Of a stretch of 64,000 bases of DNA, positions 29,450-41,460 are shown piece by piece. The stretch lies in contig CALMRE010000074.1 in assembly GCA_937871295.1 (NCBI GenBank), positions 5,088 through 69,087 on the forward strand, in the 5' to 3' direction. The notes under the pieces are model-generated. The model ran no database searches. It was not told where the DNA came from and saw only the letters and a program-made list of their open reading frames with translations. Position numbers and translations under genes: made by a program. The DNA comes from an uncultured bacterium. GTDB lineage: Bacteria; UBP6; UBA1177; JAKLFG01. How positions within the stretch are numbered: position 1 is the first letter of the stretch; each line of letters opens with the position of its first letter.

Positions 29450-30285
29450 AAAGTGCCCTCTTTCTTGAGGGTAAGGTCGCGGTCGTCACCGGCGCCGCGT
29501 CGGGTATCGGCAAGGCGACCGCCGAGGAACTCATGTGTCACGGCGCCGAACTGCACGCCGTCGACTGCGACGCCGAACGGCTCGAAGCGACGGTCAAGGA
29601 GTGGCGCGACGCGGGGCTTCCGGCCCACGGTCATGTCGTTGACTGTGCCGATGAGGCGGCCTTCCGAAAGGTCGCCGACGATATCGCGGCATCGGCGGGT
29701 CGCATCGACATCGTTCATCTCAACGCCGGTATCGCGGTGGGCGGTCTTGCCGAGAGCATTCCGGCGGCCGAGTGGCGGCGCATCGTGAATGTCAATCAGA
29801 TGGCGGTCATCTACGGGGTGCTCGCCTTCGTGCCGTATCTCAAACGCACGGCGCCCGGTTCGGCGCTGGTGTTCACCTCGTCGGCGGTGGGCTTATGCGG
29901 GTTTCCCTATGTCGCGCCGTATGCAATGACGAAGTTCGCCGTCGCGGGGCTCGCCGAATCGCTCGCGGCGGAACTCGCTCCGGCGGGTATTCATGTCGTC
30001 ACCGTGTTCCCCGGGATGGTGCGCTCACGGCTTATCCCGACATCGAAGATAGACCTACCCGAAAAATGGCGCGGAAAGGTGCTGGCGCTCCTCGACCGCG
30101 TGGCGATGCCGCCGGAGAAGTTGGCACACTGCATCGTGAAGGCGATCCGCAAGAAGCAGCGCACCGTCATCATGCTCAACGGGATGGGGCCGTTCTTCTG
30201 GGTGAAGCGGCTGTCGGTCTCGCTCTACCAAATGCTCCTCGGCTGGGGCACCCGCTGGCTCCTGCGGGAGAAAAAACAAGGTTGA
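29446..30285 (+). CDS. SDR family oxidoreductase
   Basis: TGAASGIGKA cofactor motif; YxxxK context (YAMTKFA). Confidence 0.85.
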   Translation: MKSALFLEGKVAVVTGAASGIGKATAEELMCHGAELHAVDCDAERLEATVKEWRDAGLPAHGHVVDCADEAAFRKVADDIAASAGRIDIVHLNAGIAVGGLAESIPAAEWRRIVNVNQMAVIYGVLAFVPYLKRTAPGSALVFTSSAVGLCGFPYVAPYAMTKFAVAGLAESLAAELAPAGIHVVTVFPGMVRSRLIPTSKIDLPEKWRGKVLALLDRVAMPPEKLAHCIVKAIRKKQRTVIMLNGMGPFFWVKRLSVSLYQMLLGWGTRWLLREKKQG

Positions 30286-30340
30286 CGGTCATGAGTGAAC
30301 AGGATATGATGGCGAAGATTTTTGTGCGAGGGCGGTTGAC

Positions 30341-31474
30341 ATGAAACAGATTATTCTTTCGGTTATTTTTGTGCTTTTCGGAGCAACCTGTTCTCCTTTC
30401 GACGGTGGGCCAGTATATGGAGTGCAAAATGATAGTATAATAATAAAAGCAGGGGGGCACAATACCTGTAGTATAACCGTAGACAACACGCTTTATTGTT
30501 GGGGAAGAAATACTCACGGACAACTTGGCAGTGACAAATATACATCTGATTTCCTATCTACTCCTACACAGGTAGGTTATCAATCTTGGGCCGCGATAGC
30601 GCTCGGAGATTTTCATATATGTGGAATAACAAACGAGAAATCGTTATATTGTTGGGGGTCAGGCATTTTGGGCAATGAGGTATATAGTGAAGAACAAAAT
30701 CCAGTAAAAATAGGCAATGATACATGGCTCAAGATATCAAGATCTTCATATACTTGTGGCATAAACACGGAGCAGAAACTCTTTTGTTGGGGAAACAACA
30801 GTTTCGGTCAGTTGGGGGACGGAACAACGGAAAATAAAATGGTGCCAACAAAAATAGGCGATGACACATGGCATGATGTGGTAGTCGGATCTTCTCATAC
30901 CTGTGGCATAAGAACGGACAAGACGCTCTACTGTTGGGGAGATAATAGTTATGGAAAATTAGGTGATGGTAGTACATATGGTCAGAAGAACACACCAACA
31001 AAAATAAGTGACGATGCTTGGCAGGCAATAACAATTGGCGGCGAGTTCAGTTGTGGCATAAAAGAGTTAGACGGCAGTCGTTATTGCTGGGGTTGGAATG
31101 AGTTTGGAATGTTTGGGGACGGAACAACCGACAGTGAAAATGTTCCAACAAAAACAGATGATGATGTATGGGTTGAAATAAGCGCCGGATGGAGGCATGT
31201 CTGCGGGATAAAGTCTGATAAAATGATTTATTGTTGGGGCATTAATGGAAATGGACAACTTGGAAGTAGACCAGAAAATAAAATCGTTCCGACGAAGGTG
31301 GGATCTGATGCTTGGCGCACAATAACAACCGGTAGCACTCATTCATGTGGCATAAAAGAATTAGATAACAAGCTCTACTGTTGGGGAGATAATGACTTTG
31401 GAGAGGTGGGTGATGGCACATCTGGAGACGATGCCGACAAATACGCCCCAACTCTCGTAGTCGATCCTTTCTAA
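30341..31474 (+). CDS. Secreted RCC1/BLIP-II-like repeat (beta-propeller) protein on a low-GC islet
   Basis: Seven repeats of ...HxCGI...LYCWGxNxxGQLGDG; N-terminal signal; about 40% GC against about 67% flanks. Confidence 0.8.
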   Translation: MKQIILSVIFVLFGATCSPFDGGPVYGVQNDSIIIKAGGHNTCSITVDNTLYCWGRNTHGQLGSDKYTSDFLSTPTQVGYQSWAAIALGDFHICGITNEKSLYCWGSGILGNEVYSEEQNPVKIGNDTWLKISRSSYTCGINTEQKLFCWGNNSFGQLGDGTTENKMVPTKIGDDTWHDVVVGSSHTCGIRTDKTLYCWGDNSYGKLGDGSTYGQKNTPTKISDDAWQAITIGGEFSCGIKELDGSRYCWGWNEFGMFGDGTTDSENVPTKTDDDVWVEISAGWRHVCGIKSDKMIYCWGINGNGQLGSRPENKIVPTKVGSDAWRTITTGSTHSCGIKELDNKLYCWGDNDFGEVGDGTSGDDADKYAPTLVVDPF

Positions 31475-31500
31475 AATTTTTTGTTAATTCCTAGCAACCT

Positions 31501-32133
31501 TTAGCGCGGTTTGAAGAGGCCCGCTTCATTCGAGTTCAGGAAGCAGGCTTTCACGAGATCGTCATCGGTCGGCGCGAGTCGCGCCCTCATCTTTTTGTCG
31601 ATGAGCGGGATATGCGGCAGAGCCGTCAAGCGGTCGCCGATGAAGTTGAGATCGTCGTCGGCCGTCATCCAGTTCTTCCCGCCGAGCCGCATCAGACTCA
31701 CCGGCCGCGAATAACCGCGCAGAGACTTGAAGCCGACCGTGTTGAAATACATATCAAAGTACGACATGACGAGTTCGCGCAAATTTTTGTAGACCGGCTC
31801 GCGGTAACGGAGCACCGTCGTATTCGACTTGGCGACCGCCCCCCACAACCCGTTCACCCGGAACGGTGCGATGATGTGATCGTCGTCGTTCTCGGCCAGC
31901 AGATCGACCACCACCGGCCGCATCCCCATGAACCAGAACACCGCCGCCGCGAAGTAGGCCCCTTCGGCGCAGTGGGCGTGCCGTTCTTTCATCACGCGCC
32001 ACGGCGAGAGGCATATCTTGTGCGACGAATAGGGCGTTTCGTTGAGGAACACCTGAATATCGTGCGGGGTGCGGAACCGCTTCGCGAACCGTGTGAGCTC
32101 TTCGAGCCGTTGCGGGTGGAGCGTTACCGGCAT
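31501..32133 (-). CDS. Hypothetical protein; possible transglutaminase-like Cys/His fold (weak)
   Basis: HAHCAEGAYFAAAVF resembles the Cys-containing core of transglutaminase-like cysteine peptidases; otherwise no recognisable family. Confidence 0.3.
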   Translation of the reverse strand: MPVTLHPQRLEELTRFAKRFRTPHDIQVFLNETPYSSHKICLSPWRVMKERHAHCAEGAYFAAAVFWFMGMRPVVVDLLAENDDDHIIAPFRVNGLWGAVAKSNTTVLRYREPVYKNLRELVMSYFDMYFNTVGFKSLRGYSRPVSLMRLGGKNWMTADDDLNFIGDRLTALPHIPLIDKKMRARLAPTDDDLVKACFLNSNEAGLFKPR

Positions 32134-32729
32134 CAGTTCAGCGTCATGAAGTTGATCCGCATGTTGAGCGAGAAGAGGTTCGGTATCTTCGAGTCGTCGT
32201 AGAGATAGTCGAGCACCCAGTCGTAGCGCACGTTGAAGCCGATCGCGAAATCGTCGCCGGTGTAGATATCGGCGCCGAAATCGAAGTAGATGCCGGGGGC
32301 GAAACGGACCCCGGCGGGGAAGTTGCGCTTGCCGCCGAAGTAAATGTTGGGGTCGTAGGCGTTGATGTTCATCGTGACGCCCGCCCCGAGGAAGGGGACG
32401 ACATTGCCCGCGTCGAAAAGGTATTTCACCCCGACCCCCGCCTGCGGCAGGTGGTAGAGGATGCTCTCCTCGGCCACGCCGTCATGGTCTGCCCAGTAGA
32501 GCGCGTTGTATTTCGCGGCCACCACGAGGTTGAGTTCCTGCGTCAGCGGCGGTTCGTAGTGGAAACCGAAACTCGCCCCCATCGCGTCGGGGAAGGGAGA
32601 GTCGTAGAAGTGACCCCACGCAAAGCCGATATCGAAGCCGAGAAAGCCTTCGCCGTCGCCGCTCGATGTTTCGGCCTGCGCGAGGCCGAAGAAGAAGACC
32701 GTGAAAACCACCAGCGCTATCCGTTTCAT
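32133..32729 (-). CDS. Outer-membrane beta-barrel protein (OmpW/OmpA-barrel-like)
   Basis: Signal peptide; alternating aromatic strands; C-terminal ...RINFMTLN; 1-nt overlap with downstream gene. Confidence 0.55.
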   Translation of the reverse strand: MKRIALVVFTVFFFGLAQAETSSGDGEGFLGFDIGFAWGHFYDSPFPDAMGASFGFHYEPPLTQELNLVVAAKYNALYWADHDGVAEESILYHLPQAGVGVKYLFDAGNVVPFLGAGVTMNINAYDPNIYFGGKRNFPAGVRFAPGIYFDFGADIYTGDDFAIGFNVRYDWVLDYLYDDSKIPNLFSLNMRINFMTLN

Positions 32730-32822
32730 GGTGTGTTCCTCCGTTTCAATGGTTCATCAGCGCCTCGAACGCCGTGAATGATAGCGCGCCGGACCTTTTA
32801 TTCAAAAATTCTCGCCGTCGCA

Positions 32823-34148
32823 TCACTGGCCATCCTCGCGCTGAAGTTTCGCGAAGAACGATTGATCGGCGCGGATATACTTCGGTTTCCCCTGCGTGAG
32901 GAGCACCATGCCGGGCGGCATACCCTTCTTTTTCTGGACGAACTTCCGTTCGCTGAACCAGACCTCCCCCTCCATCCCGTTGCGCGCCTTGCTGTAGTAG
33001 AGGGCGAGACAACAGCCGAGGAAGACCTCCTCCTCGGTGGCCACTTCCCCTTTTCCCTTCCGCAGGATGACATGACTCCCGGCGTGGTCGCGCGCGTGAA
33101 ACCACAGATCGTGCGGCGAGGAGACTTTGAAGGTGAGTTCGTCGTTGTCGGCGGCCGATTTGCCGACAAGAAAGAGTCGGCCCGACGCGCTGCGGAACCG
33201 GCGGCACGGGAGATGTCGTCCCGGTACGGCCCCGGCGATGCGGCGCGGCATGTCGACGGCGGGGCGGCGCGGTCCCGGTGCGTCGGATTGCGGCGCGGCG
33301 TCGAGCGCCGCGATGGTCCGCTCCGCCTCGGCGATGCGGGTGTCGAGCGTCAAGAGGCCGCGGCCGATCCTCTTCGATTCGGTGAAGAGGTCGTTCATGT
33401 TCTCGGCGATGGTACGCTCGGGATCGAGCGCGACGGTCTTTTCCGCCCCGTCGAACCCGGTGAGCGTCACCGCGCTCCTCCGTTCCTGTGACGGCAGGGT
33501 GTATATCCACGCTTTGATGAGTTCCGCCGTCTCGCGGTGACCGGCGGCCCGCGCCTGCGCCTTTTCCTTTTCGGCGCTCATCTTCGCGATCCGTTCGCGC
33601 AGTCCTTTTTTTTCCTTCTCTATCCGCCGGAGCCGTTCCTCTTCCCGCTTTTTGCGCACCTCGGCCAGAAAGAGCCTCTGCCACTCCAGCGGATCGGTGA
33701 CGCGCGGCGGCAGGTCGCGGAGCGGTTCGGCCAGCGGCGCGAGCGCGGTGTCGGGGTGTTCGCACCAGACGACCGCACCCGCCGCATCGACGATATGGAC
33801 CGCCTTGCCGGAGAAAAGCGGCACGATGAGGGTGATCTCGCCGAACGAAAGGCGCACCACCCGGCCGCAGGCGCTGTCGAGCGTCGCGCCGGTAAAGCGC
33901 CGGCCGCCGATATATTTGCGCAGGCCCTCTTCGAGATTGGTTATCGGGTCGCGCGGGAAGGCGGCGATATCGGTGACCGGGAAGAAGTTGCGCGCGCCGG
34001 TCGAGAAGAATATCCCTTCAAGTCCGCCCGATGCGCCGTAGAGTTTGATGAGTGCGCCGCCGCAGGAACGGTGGACGGTGTTGACGATGGCGCCGGAGCC
34101 GCGGTCGGCAAGGAGCGTCGCGGCGGCCGTCAATTCGGAAAGATGCAT
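32823..34148 (-). CDS. NFACT-family protein, RqcH/Rqc2/FbpA-like (NFACT-N, coiled coil, NFACT-R/DUF814)
   Basis: C-terminus FHARDHAGSHVILRK...LALYYSKA...PGMVLLTQGKPKYI matches B. subtilis RqcH NFACT-R; central coiled coil; ATG overlaps the AAA gene stop (TAATG). Confidence 0.75.
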   Translation of the reverse strand: MHLSELTAAATLLADRGSGAIVNTVHRSCGGALIKLYGASGGLEGIFFSTGARNFFPVTDIAAFPRDPITNLEEGLRKYIGGRRFTGATLDSACGRVVRLSFGEITLIVPLFSGKAVHIVDAAGAVVWCEHPDTALAPLAEPLRDLPPRVTDPLEWQRLFLAEVRKKREEERLRRIEKEKKGLRERIAKMSAEKEKAQARAAGHRETAELIKAWIYTLPSQERRSAVTLTGFDGAEKTVALDPERTIAENMNDLFTESKRIGRGLLTLDTRIAEAERTIAALDAAPQSDAPGPRRPAVDMPRRIAGAVPGRHLPCRRFRSASGRLFLVGKSAADNDELTFKVSSPHDLWFHARDHAGSHVILRKGKGEVATEEEVFLGCCLALYYSKARNGMEGEVWFSERKFVQKKKGMPPGMVLLTQGKPKYIRADQSFFAKLQREDGQ

Positions 34149-35482
34149 TACGGCTGACCGTTGAAGAGCGACTCGACGCGGATGTTGCCCGATGCGTTGC
34201 GGGCCCTGCCGCGCGACCACATCCGGAGTTTCTTGATCTGTTCCTCATAGGTCACGGCGAGCGGCACGGTGCGGCGCAAGACCTCTTCAAGCGTTTTCTG
34301 CGTCAGTTCCCGTCCTTTGGCGTAGTCGGCCACCAGTCCGTCGACCACGATCTGCTCCATCTCGGCGCCCGAAAAATGTTCGGCCGCGGCGGCGAGTTTG
34401 GCCAGATCGTATTTCTTCGGGTCGCGGTGCCGCCGCTCGAGGTGGATGCGCAGTATCTCTTCCCGTTCGTCGGCCGCCGGCAGGTCGATGAAGAATATCT
34501 CGTCGAAGCGACCCTTGCGGAGGAGTTCGGGCGGCAGGACCTCGACATTGTTGGCGGTCGCCACGAGGAACACCGGACGGCTCTTTTCCTGCATCCAGGT
34601 CATCAGCCACCCCAGCACGCGCCGTATCTCGGCCGATTGGTCGTCCTGAAAGAGCGCCTTTTCTATCTCGTCTATCCACAGGACGATGGGGGCGAACGCC
34701 TCGGCCACCGTCACCGCCTCCTTGATGAGTTCCTCGACGCTCGACCCCTGCCGGAACAGGTTCACGAAATCGAGCCGCACCAGCGGGAAGTTCCAGATAT
34801 TCGCGATGGTCTTGGAGGTCAGGCTTTTACCGCACCCCTGCACGCCGAGCATCAGCATACCCTTGGGCATCGGGATGCCGAAATCGCGCGCCTTGTCGGA
34901 GAAATTGCTTCTCCGCTCGACGATCCACTGCTTGAGTTCGGCAAGTCCGCCGATGTCGCCGATGCCGCCGCCCACCTTCATCACCTCGAGCACCGGATTG
35001 CGCGAGAGAAGGTTGCGTTTGTTGTCGAGCAGGTATTCGACCGCCGCCGCCTCGGGCATCGCCGCGACCGCCGTAAGCAGTTCCTCGATCCGCAGGTAGG
35101 GGAAGCCGTGGATGTTCTCGGTGATCACCGCCTTCGCGTCGGCCGAGAAGGGGAGCGCCGCGATGGCCGGGTCGAAGGCGCGGTAGTCCTCCGCCTCATT
35201 CTCGATGACGGCGTAGCGCATGAGCACCGCCGGGAGCGTCAGTTCGCGGCAGAAAAAGGTGACCGGCGCGGTCGAGACGAAGATCGCTTCGAGAAGCCGG
35301 AGCGCCTTGAGGTCGTCGGTGAAGAAATGTTCGGCGTAGGGGAGCGCCACCGGCTCGCCCGACCGGATGGTCTCGACGAGGTGATCGAAAAAATCGCCGG
35401 CGTCGCCGGAACTCCAGTCTATCCGCCCCTCGGCATGACGGGCGCTGAAGAAGGGGTCGTTGCAACGGACAATGCGGAACAT
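34148..35482 (-). CDS. Classical AAA-family ATPase with unknown N-terminal domain
   Basis: Walker A GVQGCGKS, Walker [12 protein letters not shown]-like [23 protein letters not shown]. Confidence 0.85.
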   Translation of the reverse strand: MFRIVRCNDPFFSARHAEGRIDWSSGDAGDFFDHLVETIRSGEPVALPYAEHFFTDDLKALRLLEAIFVSTAPVTFFCRELTLPAVLMRYAVIENEAEDYRAFDPAIAALPFSADAKAVITENIHGFPYLRIEELLTAVAAMPEAAAVEYLLDNKRNLLSRNPVLEVMKVGGGIGDIGGLAELKQWIVERRSNFSDKARDFGIPMPKGMLMLGVQGCGKSLTSKTIANIWNFPLVRLDFVNLFRQGSSVEELIKEAVTVAEAFAPIVLWIDEIEKALFQDDQSAEIRRVLGWLMTWMQEKSRPVFLVATANNVEVLPPELLRKGRFDEIFFIDLPAADEREEILRIHLERRHRDPKKYDLAKLAAAAEHFSGAEMEQIVVDGLVADYAKGRELTQKTLEEVLRRTVPLAVTYEEQIKKLRMWSRGRARNASGNIRVESLFNGQP

Positions 35483-35586
35483 GGTGCCCTCCCTGACGGT
35501 CCGGCGCGATTATAGCCGAGCGGCCGAATAAAAGCAAAATCTTGAGAAACGAACCGGCGCAAGTAATATCCCGGCGATATGTCCCG

Positions 35587-38235
<2,649 letters not shown>

Positions 38236-38239
38236 CCGG

Positions 38240-39847
38240 CTATTTCTTCACCGGCACGTGCATCATCACGATAACGAACCCCTTGTCCTCGGTGATCGAA
38301 CGGAGGATATCGTTCTGCTCGAGGGTCTTGTTGAGGGTCGGCACATTGAGTCGCGGGATGTGCTGTTTGAGGGCGCCCGACAGTATCTTTTCCAGCGTGT
38401 CGCCGTCGACGCCGCCCGACAGGCCGATCTCGAACAGAACGCCCCCCTCGTCGTGCTGGGTGCGGAACAGTATCCTGCGCGGCTCCTCGTTCTTGAGGAA
38501 ATGCATCGCCAGCGAGATATGGGCGTCGATGATGTAACTGAAGTCGCGGTAGATGCCGTGGATGACCGGCAGGTTCTCGGCCAGTTCGACCACCTTCTCG
38601 TAGTCGTGTTTGAACTCCATGTCGGCCTCGAGGAAGGTGAGTTCGGCGCGGATGATGCCGTTGAGGTCCATGTAGTCGGGCTTTTCGACCTTGTCCTGCG
38701 CCGCCTTGGTCGAGATGTTGGATACGATGCCGTTGATGCTCTCGGCCGCCTTGTGGATGCGGTCGGTGGTCTTGCGCAGACGCTCGATCTGCATCTCGTC
38801 GGGGTATTTCGACGCCAGCGAATTGATCACCGTTTCGACCAGTTCGTGACTCAGCATGATGGTATTGAGCGGCGAGTTGATGTTGTGGGCGATACCTTCG
38901 GTGAGGTGGGTGATGGACATCATCTTCTCCTGTTCCGAGATGATGTCGTCGAACTCGTGTTCCTTGTGGATGAGTTCGTTCCGTTCGAGGTAGACCGCGA
39001 CGATGGAGAAATACATCTCGAGCAGCGTCAGGTTCTTGACGATGAGTCCCGAATCCTTGCGGGTCGCGATGAAAGCGGCGCCGCGGAGATCTTTGTGGAA
39101 GCGTATGGGGAAGCCGAAGCAGTCGGCGCCGTGGCCGCAGGAGAGGAACTCGGCGACCGGTTGCGGCACCACCGGGCGGTCGAGCCGGATGAACCGTTCG
39201 CCCGAGAGCATCGCGGTGAGATTCCGGTTGAAGGCCGCCTGACCGAACAGTTTCTTGAGCGGCGCGCGCGCCTCTTCGGTCGCGACCGTCGTGCCGATGA
39301 CGGCGACCGCTCCCTTCGTGTCGTTGATGATCAGCACCGCGCGGTCGGCGTCGGCCGCCTTTACCGATTCCTCGGCGATGAGTTCGAGTATCCCCAGCGC
39401 GCTGTCCATGAACCAGACCGTCTTGTTGAGGGCGATGACGTTCTCGTAATCGCGCCGCAGTTTGTCGAGATCGGCGTTGACCCGCTTCTGCGTGTTGAAG
39501 GCCTCTTCGAGTTTCTGATGTTTCGCGAAAAGTATCTCCTTCTCGCGGGCCAGAAGGGCGTCCTTGGTCGTTATCTCGGCCTGCAGGCGCTGGATGATCT
39601 GCGGCAGGTCGCGGGTCTGTTTCTCCATGTCGGCATACTCGAAATAGAGACTGCGGGCGGCTATGATGAGGAGGAACGCGGCGACGAGAGCCACGAAGGC
39701 GACGAGTATCGTGGCGGTCGCGGCGAATTTATGAATGTCGGCGAACAACAGCGTCCAATCGACCGAGGAGAAACTCACTATCGCCCCGACGGCGAAAGCG
39801 ATGAACGCGGGCCAGAATATGGCCAACAGGATTTTTCTGTACTTCAT
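38240..39847 (-). CDS. Membrane-anchored sensor histidine kinase with GAF-like sensor region
   Basis: N-terminal TMs; coiled coil; H-box ITHLTEGIAHNINSPL; C-terminal HATPase_c; GGGAG RBS at internal start. The ORF-track extension is rejected. Confidence 0.8.
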   Translation of the reverse strand: MKYRKILLAIFWPAFIAFAVGAIVSFSSVDWTLLFADIHKFAATATILVAFVALVAAFLLIIAARSLYFEYADMEKQTRDLPQIIQRLQAEITTKDALLAREKEILFAKHQKLEEAFNTQKRVNADLDKLRRDYENVIALNKTVWFMDSALGILELIAEESVKAADADRAVLIINDTKGAVAVIGTTVATEEARAPLKKLFGQAAFNRNLTAMLSGERFIRLDRPVVPQPVAEFLSCGHGADCFGFPIRFHKDLRGAAFIATRKDSGLIVKNLTLLEMYFSIVAVYLERNELIHKEHEFDDIISEQEKMMSITHLTEGIAHNINSPLNTIMLSHELVETVINSLASKYPDEMQIERLRKTTDRIHKAAESINGIVSNISTKAAQDKVEKPDYMDLNGIIRAELTFLEADMEFKHDYEKVVELAENLPVIHGIYRDFSYIIDAHISLAMHFLKNEEPRRILFRTQHDEGGVLFEIGLSGGVDGDTLEKILSGALKQHIPRLNVPTLNKTLEQNDILRSITEDKGFVIVMMHVPVKK

Positions 39848-39901
39848 TCGCGCTCCCGATAAGATAGAACCGTCGCATATGGTAGTGAAAACGGCGGTCC
39901 G

Positions 39902-40522
39902 ATGCAAATAAAAACAGTCGTTATCTGGACGGCGATGACCGGTTCGGCTCTCGCGATGAACCTTGCCCGGTTCGAATTCCGTCATCTCGCCTTTCCTCTC
40001 CTTCTGCTCCTTCTGCCGTTCCTCGCTGCACCGGCGCGTCTCCTCACGGAACGACTTGCGTGGCCTCCCCGCGGTATCCGGGAACTGCTCCTCCTTCTAA
40101 CCGCCATCGTCGTCTTTTTTCCTCCGGGCTTTTTCTTCTATCATCTCGCGTGGTTGGATCATGCCGTGGCGATGCCCGCGGCGGCGGCGCTCGTCGATGC
40201 CGCGTTAAAGAGTCTGATGCTCGCCCTCACCGCAGCGGTACCCGAGGAGTTCTTCTTTCGCGGCTGGCTGCAGGAAACGGCGCTCGCCCGGCACGACAAG
40301 CCGGCGATCCTCTTCATCACCCGCAAGAACCTCTTTTCGAGCGCTCTGTTCGGCCTTGCCCACGGCATCGCGTTCCTCAATCCGCTCTCGGCGGCCACCT
40401 TTTTCCCGTCGCTTCTGTTCGGCTGGCTGACCGAGCGAAGCGGCGGCAGTATCGTCCCGGCGGTCATCTTGCATGCGGTGTCGAATCTGGTGCTGTTCCT
40501 GCTGCTCGCATTCCTCGCCTGA
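39902..40522 (+). CDS. CPBP family intramembrane metalloprotease (CAAX protease / Abi)
   Basis: EEFFFRG, FGLAHG, HAVSN motifs in TM helices. Confidence 0.85.
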   Translation: MQIKTVVIWTAMTGSALAMNLARFEFRHLAFPLLLLLLPFLAAPARLLTERLAWPPRGIRELLLLLTAIVVFFPPGFFFYHLAWLDHAVAMPAAAALVDAALKSLMLALTAAVPEEFFFRGWLQETALARHDKPAILFITRKNLFSSALFGLAHGIAFLNPLSAATFFPSLLFGWLTERSGGSIVPAVILHAVSNLVLFLLLAFLA

Positions 40523-40589
40523 TTTAATTGCAAAAAGCGCCCCCATCTGCTACAGTCGGCCCGTTATTAGCTACGAGGGAGTGACCTCT

Positions 40590-41357
40590 ATGAAAAAACT
40601 CGTGTTTGTCGGCGTCGCGGTTGCGATGCTTATGTTCGCCTGCCAGAAGGGCGGAGAGGCGGTCAAGAAAGAGATGACCAAGGAAGATCTCAAGACCCAG
40701 ATGGACAAGGTCAGCTACGGCATCGGCCTTGATATGGGCAAGAATTTCAAGAAGAACGAGATGGCGATCAATGTCGACCTGTTCCTCAAAGGGACCAAGG
40801 ACGGACTCGCCGGCACCGGCTACCTCATGAACGACGAGGAGTTCCGCGCGGCCATGCAGGAATTCCAGCAGGACATGATGAAGAAGATGCAGGAAGGGAA
40901 CGCCAAGAAGGCGACCGAGAACCGCGAGAAGGGGAAGAAATTCCTTGAAGACAACGCGAAACGGCCCGGCGTCAAGGTGACCGCGAGCGGCCTGCAGTAT
41001 GAAGTGGTCAAAGAAGGTACCGGCGCCCAGCCGAAACCGGAAGAGACCGTCACGGTCAACTATGTCGGCACCCTGACCGACGGCACCGAATTCGACAGCT
41101 CCATCAAGCGCGGCGAGCCGGCGAAGTTCCAGCTCAACCGCGTCATCCCCGGCTGGACCGAGGGTGTGGGCCTCATGAAGGTCGGAGCGAAGTATCGCTT
41201 TGTCATCCCCGACAATCTGGCCTATGGCGAACGGCAGATGGGCGACAAGATCATGCCCGGCTCGGTCCTCGTGTTCGAGGTCGAACTGCTCGGCGTCGAG
41301 AAGAGCCCCGAAGGCGCCGCCGGCCCGAAACCGATGCCGAAACCGCTCAAGAAATAA
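40590..41357 (+). CDS. fkpA: FKBP-type peptidyl-prolyl cis-trans isomerase lipoprotein (FkpA-like)
   Basis: Lipobox MLMFAC; N-terminal dimerisation helix; FKBP domain GVKVTASGLQYEV...YVGTLTDGTEFDSS...GWTEG...GSVLVFEVELL. Confidence 0.88.
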   Translation: MKKLVFVGVAVAMLMFACQKGGEAVKKEMTKEDLKTQMDKVSYGIGLDMGKNFKKNEMAINVDLFLKGTKDGLAGTGYLMNDEEFRAAMQEFQQDMMKKMQEGNAKKATENREKGKKFLEDNAKRPGVKVTASGLQYEVVKEGTGAQPKPEETVTVNYVGTLTDGTEFDSSIKRGEPAKFQLNRVIPGWTEGVGLMKVGAKYRFVIPDNLAYGERQMGDKIMPGSVLVFEVELLGVEKSPEGAAGPKPMPKPLKK

Positions 41358-41375
41358 GTCTCCTATTTCACCGCG
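41344..41375 (+). repeat. Direct repeat copy A (overlaps fkpA stop), about 32 bp; part of a roughly 100-bp duplicated segment including a TTGACA promoter module
   Basis: cgctcaagaaataagtctcctatttcaccgcg is near-identical to 42341-42372; both are followed by cttgacaattt-17-tacaaa/tacagt. Confidence 0.8.
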
Positions 41376-41460
41376 TTTTTCCATATCCCTTCAATCTTGA
41401 CAATTTTCTCGTTCGGCGATACAAATTCACGGAGAAACGGTCAAAGGGGCGGGTCTTTTC

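Noticed and set aside
38258-39862. 534-aa plus-strand ORF antisense to the histidine kinase gene
   Set aside because: Antisense shadow ORF; H-box and HATPase_c are on the minus strand.
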